Assembly (NCBI GenBank): GCA_964481235.1
Contig: CAYZYH010000001.1
Coordinates: forward strand, 25,372-89,371
Direction: 5' to 3'
Length of the DNA: 64,000 nucleotides
Origin: an uncultured Candidatus Saccharibacteria bacterium
GTDB lineage: Bacteria > Patescibacteriota > Saccharimonadia > CAILAD01 > BJGX01
The position numbers and the translations under genes were made by a program. The notes below the pieces were generated by a model, which was given only the letters and a program-made list of their open reading frames with translations, made no database searches and was not told the DNA's origin. Shown here in pieces: positions 19,543-25,848 of the stretch (positions are counted from its first letter, which is position 1; each line of letters begins with the position of its first letter).

Positions 19543-19571
19543 TTAAACAACTAAAAAAGACCAGATTTACT
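19543..19571. terminator. bidirectional intrinsic terminator (pyrE on +, small peptide gene on -)
   Basis: agaccag-attta-ctggtct, flanked by an A-run and a T-run. Confidence 0.6.
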
Positions 19572-19635
19572 GGTCTTTTTAACTATCTCTTCAATGTATA
19601 AATTCAATGTAAAACGCAAATTTTAACTTTAGAAG

Positions 19636-19734
19636 TTACTGGCAAACCTCACATTCGGCCAATTCTTCTGGGTTGATCGGGCAAACCATGGGTTTATCCC
19701 ACTCTTCGTCGTTGATCTTGTTCGTTTCTGGCAC
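19636..19734 (-). CDS. small Cys-containing peptide (32 aa), GTG start: (M)PETNKINDEEWDKPMVCPINPEELAECEVCQ
   Basis: RBS AAGGAGGG 8 nt upstream of GTG. Its own TTTACA-18-TATAAT promoter and a downstream terminator. Below the 60-aa track cutoff. Confidence 0.45.
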   Translation of the reverse strand: MPETNKINDEEWDKPMVCPINPEELAECEVCQ

Positions 19735-19798
19735 TTAAATAACCCTCCTTTTGTTTTATTTAATGCTTAGCTATTTACTAAACATGTTCGTGCTTATG

Positions 19799-19828
19799 AT
19801 TATACGCCTTTGTAAATCAGCTTGTAAA
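19799..19828 (-). promoter_or_regulatory. sigma70-like promoter TTTACA-18-TATAAT for the small peptide gene
   Basis: Minus-strand reading: ctaTTTACAagctgatttacaaaggcgTATAATcat. Confidence 0.5.
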
Positions 19829-19870
19829 TAGCAAATATACAAGTTTTTAGCACTATATGTAGTGTTTTTA

Positions 19871-19901
19871 ACAAAATAAAAACCCCTACTGGTAGTAGAG
19901 G
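19871..19901 (-). terminator. intrinsic terminator after the wHTH/coiled-coil gene
   Basis: cccctact-ggt-agtagagg hairpin (one mismatch), followed on minus by TTTTTATTTTGT. Confidence 0.45.
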
Positions 19902-19912
19902 TTTGAGACTTA

Positions 19913-20572
19913 CTAGCTAACTTTCATTAAGCTAGCAGTAGCATTGCGAACAGCCTCACTTAGAGGAAGATATTCTAACTCCAACTCGGCATACAGAGCA
20001 CGCATTGCGGCAAGCGACTCCTCTTTGGCCTTGATCTCCTGATGCAAAGCCTGAAGCTTACTGACAGTTTCATCTAGCTTAGCCTGAAGTTCAGATGCCA
20101 AAGTGACAATGTTTGGGAAGCCATCATTGGTGTCTGCTGCTGCCTCGAGACCTACGGTCTCTGCAGTAGTGCCAACCTCTGGCTGATTAGAAGGTGTCTT
20201 TACTGGTTGCTTAGGAGCCCTAGTTTTTGGCTTGATGTTTTGAGTAGCATAAATTCGCTTGGTATGACGCTCGCGGGCATTTCGCAGGTCGCTCGCAGTA
20301 ATGCGCTTCTTGGTCATATCGATATGCCACAGGTATGTGCCATTAGGTTGCTTGTCGCCCTTCACCATCACCCGCATATAGCTGAGATGGCGCGAGATGG
20401 TTGCGCTATGGTGGTATAGACCCAGAGGCTCTAAAAGTTCCCTGAGGGTAAAAACTCGGTTCCCCGATTCATCACCAGGCATAGCCTGCAGAGCTTTCAG
20501 AACCTTATTGAGTATCTTCACCCATTCGTCTTCATTGCGAAGTCGCTTATTCTTTTCTGACAAAAGATCCAC
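19913..20572 (-). CDS. hypothetical protein: N-terminal winged-helix-like region, basic linker, C-terminal coiled coil (putative regulator)
   Basis: FTLRELLEPLGLYHHSATISRHLSYMRVMVKGDKQPNGTYLWHI resembles helix-turn-helix plus wing. C-terminus has heptad-like LQAKLDETVSKLQALHQEIKAKEESLAAM. GTG or TTG start. Confidence 0.5.
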   Translation of the reverse strand: MDLLSEKNKRLRNEDEWVKILNKVLKALQAMPGDESGNRVFTLRELLEPLGLYHHSATISRHLSYMRVMVKGDKQPNGTYLWHIDMTKKRITASDLRNARERHTKRIYATQNIKPKTRAPKQPVKTPSNQPEVGTTAETVGLEAAADTNDGFPNIVTLASELQAKLDETVSKLQALHQEIKAKEESLAAMRALYAELELEYLPLSEAVRNATASLMKVS

Positions 20573-20582
20573 CTTAGTTATG

Positions 20583-20597
20583 CGGGTAATTTACCCG
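20583..20597. promoter_or_regulatory. perfect 7-1-7 palindrome CGGGTAA-T-TTACCCG between promoter and start of the regulator-like gene (candidate operator)
   Basis: Checked by base pairing position by position. Lies at roughly +15 to +30 of the predicted transcript. Confidence 0.4.
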
Positions 20598-20614
20598 ACA
20601 AAATGGTCTTTGAG

Positions 20615-20643
20615 ATTGTAGCAATAAACTCTACATATGTCAA
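20615..20643 (-). promoter_or_regulatory. consensus promoter TTGACA-17-TACAAT for gene 19913..20572
   Basis: Minus-strand reading: cacaTTGACAtatgtagagtttattgcTACAATctc. Confidence 0.6.
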
Positions 20644-20653
20644 TGTGAGCTAT

Positions 20654-20683
20654 GTAAAAACCCCTAGAACATAATTCTAGGGG
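20654..20683 (-). terminator. intrinsic terminator after the GHKL ATPase gene
   Basis: 9-bp stem cccctagaa / ttctagggg with a 5-nt loop, followed on minus by TTTTTAC. Confidence 0.6.
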
Positions 20684-20696
20684 TTGGTTTATTAAT

Positions 20697-22364
20697 TTAC
20701 TGGGTTAGCAAGATAACAAAGGCAGCAAGCTCTGTGTCGAGCACTTCGGCTGCATGCTTTTGTGATTCTTCAGGTGAACAATGCAGGCTAAGTGCCTGAA
20801 TAGCCACCTGCTGTTGGTAGCGACGAATACAGAGGTCGGGGTTGCGACTGTAGTCGGCGCATTGTAGATACAAGGGGTGCTTGGTGTTGATCCACAAAAC
20901 ACCTACTCGCAAATCTAGTTGCCAGGGTCCACTGAGGTGTTGAGTTTCGCCAAGGCGCAAGCCAAACGACTTCGCCTTAACGGTTTTACGCTCCTTACCA
21001 GATGGGTCCGGAACCTTGGTTTCGCCACCATTGGTGGTTCTACCATTTCCACCGCCACTGTTGCCGCCGCCTCCACCAGTTGGTGGTGCATCGCCCCCAG
21101 TGCCGCTGTTTCCGCCACCAGAACCACCTTCTCCGGTCTTCTTTGGAGCAGATGTTTTGCTGGCAGGCACATCAGTTTCTTCGTCGTCGCCGGTAGGGTC
21201 GGGGCCTTGTGCTCCAGTACCCGGTAGATCGGCCGGAAATCGACCAACAAGATCGGCATACATTCTCATAGATGGGTCTTCAAAAAGCTTATTGAGAGCA
21301 TCCAGAGCTTTTTCGGCATTTTTCTCAAATCGTTCTGAGTCTTCCCGGCTAAGAGCCTCTTGGTAGTATTCCCTACCAATATGCTCATACCAATTCTCTA
21401 GTGCCATACAGAACTCTACAAAGCCATCGTTGTCTTCATAGCTTACTCTATCAGGACTCAGTGTAAGAGTGTTACTGAGCAACTCTCCTTCAAAAATTCC
21501 CGAACAAAGTGCCTGAACAATCTCGTCGTCCAGTAGCTCTGTGAGGCTCCTTTGGTTTTTTATAAGAGTCTCAAATGGTACACGATACGGTGTAGCCAGG
21601 GTACCTGTAGAAACGCTACCGCTATACTTGCCTTCAATTCGAAGGGCTAAGAACAGCTTGATCTCAACCAACTTATCACGCCTAGGCTCAAACAAGAACA
21701 GATCAAGTTTGGTACCACTATAAGGCTCAGCCACCGTCGTAAAGGTGTATTCTGGGCCCTTCAATGGTTGTACGGTAAAGCGCAACACCGTGTCGTTTCG
21801 AAGCATCTTGGTGCGAAAGTTGGTAACAGCTGTAGCAGCCAACTTATTCACATCAAACTCCGACGTTTTACGGTCTTTGGTAACACCATGCATTACCATG
21901 CGCGTACGCCAATTGGGGTTTACGGGGTGCTTTTGGCGTTTTTGTTGACTCTTGGAGAAAACAACCTCTACTTCTGAATCAGGAATATCAACTTCGTCAG
22001 CCGATTTCTCAATTTCATCGGTAACAAAGGTCCACTCCAGACCATTAGATGTAAATGTGAAGTAATCACACTTACCCAAGGGAGCTACCAGGCCACGGCC
22101 AAATTGACCATAGGCATCTAATTGCTCGCCCTTAATGCTACGGCCAACTGTCTGTAGAGCAGTGTTAAACTTCTCTTTGGTAACACCTACGCCGTCGTCA
22201 TAAACGCGAATTTCGCGCTTTTTGCGATTGATATCTACCCAAACATTTTGAGCATCGGCATCCATAGCGTTCTGGATAGCCTCTAAGATAACCGCAAAGA
22301 CATATGGGTAAGTTTCTGCGGCGGCCATGATGGCCGCTCCTACGTGGGGTTTGAGTTTGGCCAT
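20697..22364 (-). CDS. GHKL-superfamily (Bergerat-fold, HSP90/MORC-type) ATPase with Gly-rich low-complexity linker and uncharacterised C-terminal domain
   Basis: N-box ILEAIQNAMDA, G1 box RVYDDGVGV and G2 box GQFGRG within the first 100 aa. About 60-aa GGSGGGNSGTGG... linker. RBS GAGAGGA. One-nt TGATG overlap with the upstream gene. Confidence 0.6.
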   Translation of the reverse strand: MAKLKPHVGAAIMAAAETYPYVFAVILEAIQNAMDADAQNVWVDINRKKREIRVYDDGVGVTKEKFNTALQTVGRSIKGEQLDAYGQFGRGLVAPLGKCDYFTFTSNGLEWTFVTDEIEKSADEVDIPDSEVEVVFSKSQQKRQKHPVNPNWRTRMVMHGVTKDRKTSEFDVNKLAATAVTNFRTKMLRNDTVLRFTVQPLKGPEYTFTTVAEPYSGTKLDLFLFEPRRDKLVEIKLFLALRIEGKYSGSVSTGTLATPYRVPFETLIKNQRSLTELLDDEIVQALCSGIFEGELLSNTLTLSPDRVSYEDNDGFVEFCMALENWYEHIGREYYQEALSREDSERFEKNAEKALDALNKLFEDPSMRMYADLVGRFPADLPGTGAQGPDPTGDDEETDVPASKTSAPKKTGEGGSGGGNSGTGGDAPPTGGGGGNSGGGNGRTTNGGETKVPDPSGKERKTVKAKSFGLRLGETQHLSGPWQLDLRVGVLWINTKHPLYLQCADYSRNPDLCIRRYQQQVAIQALSLHCSPEESQKHAAEVLDTELAAFVILLTQ

Positions 22365-23149
22365 CAGCGTACAATCCTCTCTTCGCTCTTGTGGGCACGA
22401 ATCTTGCGACGACTTTGTTCGTTACTAAGAGAATCAAACAAGCTACTAAGCTCGCTGATTCCGTCGTAACCTACGCGTTTTCTTAAGCCTCTACGCTGCT
22501 CCTCGCTCACAGCGTCGCTATTGAAATAACGAGCCAGTGGTAGAAGAGCCTGTAACGAGGCAACAAAGATATTCTCAACTTCTACTACAGATAGAGTGGT
22601 CTCATCTGGCGTAGACGTGAGAATAACAGATTGGTTATTAGCCTCAACTGGCTTAGCTCTGTAGAGCACCGGACTTTGCTTTACATTATCCCAAAAATCG
22701 GCAATGTAAAACTGAGTTGTCGAAACAACGATCTCAGCATATACTTTAGCCAACTCGTCCTTATCTTTGGTGCGTCCAGTTCTTTGCAGAATATACCTCA
22801 GATACTGCTTGGTTCTAGCGTAAGCCAGAGCCTCACTAGCATCTGTGGCACTACACACTCCAAGGCCAACTGCATAGGCAATTGTCCTATCTTCTTTCGC
22901 AAGATCTTCCCATTCCGTACACTTATAGCCAAATAGCTCTAGCACTACTCGAACACGCAAAAGAATCTCACCTTGAGTGTTAAAGCCATTGCGAATCCAC
23001 ACTCTAAGTGTAGAGTGGTAACTAACATTTATGAGTTGAGCAAACAGCTTTTGTTCAGGTGGCTTATCGAATCTACGTATAAATGCCTCAAAGCACTCTT
23101 TTGTAGTTCCTCTAAATACCACGGCGCCATCTAGCTCTCTAGTGGACAC
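22364..23149 (-). CDS. hypothetical protein (261 aa), first gene of a two-gene operon with the GHKL ATPase
   Basis: GTG start with AAGGTGA RBS. No recognisable motif. Translationally coupled to the downstream gene. Confidence 0.45.
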   Translation of the reverse strand: MSTRELDGAVVFRGTTKECFEAFIRRFDKPPEQKLFAQLINVSYHSTLRVWIRNGFNTQGEILLRVRVVLELFGYKCTEWEDLAKEDRTIAYAVGLGVCSATDASEALAYARTKQYLRYILQRTGRTKDKDELAKVYAEIVVSTTQFYIADFWDNVKQSPVLYRAKPVEANNQSVILTSTPDETTLSVVEVENIFVASLQALLPLARYFNSDAVSEEQRRGLRKRVGYDGISELSSLFDSLSNEQSRRKIRAHKSEERIVR

Positions 23150-23211
23150 TTTTTCACCTTTCGGTTTTTCAAAGTACTGTATTCATCACCCAAGTTGGGC
23201 GAACTGACGTA

Positions 23212-23240
23212 ATATTACTACAATTTAGTACTATAGTCAA
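23212..23240 (-). promoter_or_regulatory. sigma70-like promoter TTGACT-17-TAATAT for the 261-aa / GHKL operon
   Basis: Minus-strand reading: ccTTGACTatagtactaaattgtagTAATATtac. Confidence 0.55.
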
Positions 23241-23308
23241 GGTAAAACACTGGACCCTTGAAGCCTATGACTAGATTTTTTACACCATAAGAACTATAAT
23301 ATTAGGAC

Positions 23309-24007
23309 ATGGACAATGCCTTTAAACCCCACACTCTAGAAGAAATTATGACTAGTTGCGGTAGCAAGACCAACGACGAAACTAGCGAGAAAGTTTGTCT
23401 TATTAATGAAGAAATTAGCCAAGGGCTCAATATTGTACAGCGCTACCCTAAAAAAGTTACAATATTTGGATCGGCTCGAGTAAAAGAGAATCATCCAGAG
23501 TACATTAAAGCTCGAAAGATTGCCTACAGATTAGTAAAAGAATTAGATTATACTGTACTCACCGGTGGTGGCCCAGGCATAATGGAAGCAGCTAATCGTG
23601 GTGCTAAAGAGGCAGGTGGACATTCTATAGGGCTAAACATTGAGCTACCTAAAGAACAAGAATCTAACCCATACCAAACTGTAGCGCTACCTTTTCATTA
23701 CTTCTTCACTCGCAAGGTAGTTATGGCTTTTGCAGCTCGTATGTATATTTTTTTTCCAGGTGGTTATGGCACGCTTAATGAGTTTTATGAAATCCTATCT
23801 CTGGTACAAAACCACAAGATTCATACCGTACCTATTGTGTGTGTGGGCGCTAAGTTTTGGGAACCAATTGATATTGGCCTACACCAGACCCAAATGCTTT
23901 CTCCAGACCTTATGGCTATAAACCCCGAAGATACTAGTTTGTATACAATAACCGACGATATTGAGACTGTTGTGCAAATTGCGCACAATGCGCAAATGAG
24001 GGTTTAG
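23309..24007 (+). CDS. LOG family protein (TIGR00730; cytokinin riboside 5'-monophosphate phosphoribohydrolase-like)
   Basis: TGGGPGIMEAANRGA and PGGYGTLNEFYE motifs. Confidence 0.8.
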   Translation: MDNAFKPHTLEEIMTSCGSKTNDETSEKVCLINEEISQGLNIVQRYPKKVTIFGSARVKENHPEYIKARKIAYRLVKELDYTVLTGGGPGIMEAANRGAKEAGGHSIGLNIELPKEQESNPYQTVALPFHYFFTRKVVMAFAARMYIFFPGGYGTLNEFYEILSLVQNHKIHTVPIVCVGAKFWEPIDIGLHQTQMLSPDLMAINPEDTSLYTITDDIETVVQIAHNAQMRV

Positions 24008-24020
24008 CTGATTTGATATT

Positions 24021-24058
24021 AAAAAATCCCGAGCATATATCGCTCGGGATATTTATTC
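24021..24058. terminator. bidirectional intrinsic terminator
   Basis: atcccgagc-atatatc-gctcgggat 9-bp stem, flanked by an A-run and a T-run. Confidence 0.55.
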
Positions 24059-24412
24059 GGTATGATGAGGTTCAAGCTCTTCATACCAATCAGAAGGAAG
24101 GTCTTCTAAAAGATTATGAAAATCAATCAGATCGTCATAAGATACCGGTAGGCCGGATTTGGGCTCTAAAAACTCTAGAGGAATATCTACTTGCTCTACA
24201 CCACTAGCCATAAGTAGGTCGATAGTTTTAGAACTGGCTGGCTTAATAACTACCTTTTGACACTCTGGGCAAACAAAGATATAACTGCCTGATCCGTCGT
24301 TATTTTCAATTTTCACCTGAATATCATCAGATGTAAATTCTACTTCACCACAGGCTTGGCAGCTGTCTCTAATAGTAGCCACTATACCCCCTTTTTTTAT
24401 CAACAGGTGCAA
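24053..24412 (-). CDS. hypothetical zinc-ribbon protein with acidic C-terminus
   Basis: CQAC...CPEC pairs. An alternative GTG start at 24382 sits behind AAGGGGG. Confidence 0.45.
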   Translation of the reverse strand: MHLLIKKGGIVATIRDSCQACGEVEFTSDDIQVKIENNDGSGSYIFVCPECQKVVIKPASSKTIDLLMASGVEQVDIPLEFLEPKSGLPVSYDDLIDFHNLLEDLPSDWYEELEPHHTE

Positions 24413-24509
24413 AATCTATATATATTATACTGATTTATTTATGTAATTGCAAATACAATTAAATTTGGTCGTTAATAATTCTAGGATGATTGCGGAGTAA
24501 TTTACTAAT

Positions 24510-25292
24510 CTATGATGTAGATACGTTGCCACGACCATGTTCATAATTGATATCAAGGGTGAGGGTTTCTTTAAAAGTTTTAGGGTCATAATCCCATGGG
24601 CAAACCATAGTAACACTTTGAAACTTGGGTGTTACTCTAGCACTACTGTCACGACGCGTATACCACAATACTTGGCAATTACGCATACGATTTTTAGGGT
24701 CACGGCTAGCCTCAATCTTGTGGTAGTACCCTACCGTCATGCCCTCTAATAAGAATCTAAAAGCCCACATTATCTCGCCATGACAAACCATAACCACCCG
24801 CATGTCACTACACTCTCGGTGTAGGGTGTCTATAATTGTTGACTTCAGTCTTTGAGCAACATCAGCAATAGATTCGCCATTAGGCGGTCGCCAATAAAAT
24901 GGATTGGTATCTTTTTCAATTGCAGCTCGAGCACTAACCTGTTCGCGTTCATCGGCTGGTATACTATCAAAATCACCCCAACTCCTTTCGCGAATAAATA
25001 TATCTTCTCGCCAACGCTTATTGGGCAAATTTAAGTGCAGAGCTGTCTCTTGTGCACGTAAGTAATGGGACATGTATTGCCTATCAAACATGTCGCCTAC
25101 ATGCTTTTTTATAAAATCGCCAGCAGATTTAGCCTGGGCAATGCCTTTATCTGACAATCGCAAAACTGAATTGTGTCTTCTGCGATACTCCTCTGTAAAA
25201 TGACGATTGTCACCAGACTCTGCGGTCTTAACTGCTACATTTCCTTCGCTTTGACCGTGACGAACAAGAACTAGATCTATGGGCATTGTCAT
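24510..25292 (-). CDS. histidine phosphatase family protein (phosphoglycerate mutase-like)
   Basis: LVRHGQSEGN catalytic RHG motif, and a later CHGEIM His. Confidence 0.7.
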   Translation of the reverse strand: MTMPIDLVLVRHGQSEGNVAVKTAESGDNRHFTEEYRRRHNSVLRLSDKGIAQAKSAGDFIKKHVGDMFDRQYMSHYLRAQETALHLNLPNKRWREDIFIRERSWGDFDSIPADEREQVSARAAIEKDTNPFYWRPPNGESIADVAQRLKSTIIDTLHRECSDMRVVMVCHGEIMWAFRFLLEGMTVGYYHKIEASRDPKNRMRNCQVLWYTRRDSSARVTPKFQSVTMVCPWDYDPKTFKETLTLDINYEHGRGNVSTS

Positions 25293-25440
25293 ATACTTTT
25301 AAACTCCAATTTATATTTATTATTTTACACCATAACTAGAGGTAAGATTAAAATGTAGTTTTTAAAAACAACTTAAAAAAACAATAAAATTGAATAATGT
25401 TTTTGTTATAATCAAATTCTGTTTATATTAAATACAAATA

Positions 25441-25839
25441 TTGGAGGATACCATAGAAGATAGAACACCACTCGAAGCCATACATCACTTAATGCCAGAA
25501 ATACGCGATACTCAAAACAAGGTAAAGACCTTGAGAGAACAGCTAAAAGATGTAACTGAGCAGAACGAGGAATACAAGCAACTAGCCGAAGAGATAAAAG
25601 CACTTAGCGAAAAACGCTTGGCCGCTAAAAAAGCCTTATTGGACGATAAAGACTACCAGAAAGTCAGTGCCGATTTAGACGACGAACGCATTAAGCTAAA
25701 AGACCTTCAAGAAATACTCAGCCACTACCTAATTAGCCATTATCGTGAAACCAATGCTACTCAGGTAACCGACGATCTCGGCGAAACCCGTGCTGTAGTT
25801 TTACAAGCTAAAATTGGTAAGCCGGAAGCTGCCAAATAG
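25441..25839 (+). CDS. hypothetical coiled-coil protein; start uncertain
   Basis: Heptad-rich sequence. GGAGGA at 25443 has no canonical start codon within reach. Alternative ATG at 25495. Confidence 0.35.
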   Translation: MEDTIEDRTPLEAIHHLMPEIRDTQNKVKTLREQLKDVTEQNEEYKQLAEEIKALSEKRLAAKKALLDDKDYQKVSADLDDERIKLKDLQEILSHYLISHYRETNATQVTDDLGETRAVVLQAKIGKPEAAK

Positions 25840-25848
25840 ACTATTTTG

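Noticed and set aside
20705-21366. Cluster of overlapping 60-116-aa ORFs on both strands (20705..20902, 20915..21259, 20919..21227, 21002..21196, 21016..21366)
   Set aside because: Products of the GC-rich Gly-repeat tract inside the GHKL gene. Low-complexity Pro/Gly/Arg translations, not genes.
25380-25420. Possible TTGAAT / TATAAT promoter upstream of the 25441 ORF
   Set aside because: The spacer between the hexamers is only 11 nt. Not a convincing sigma70 promoter, and the gene start itself is uncertain.
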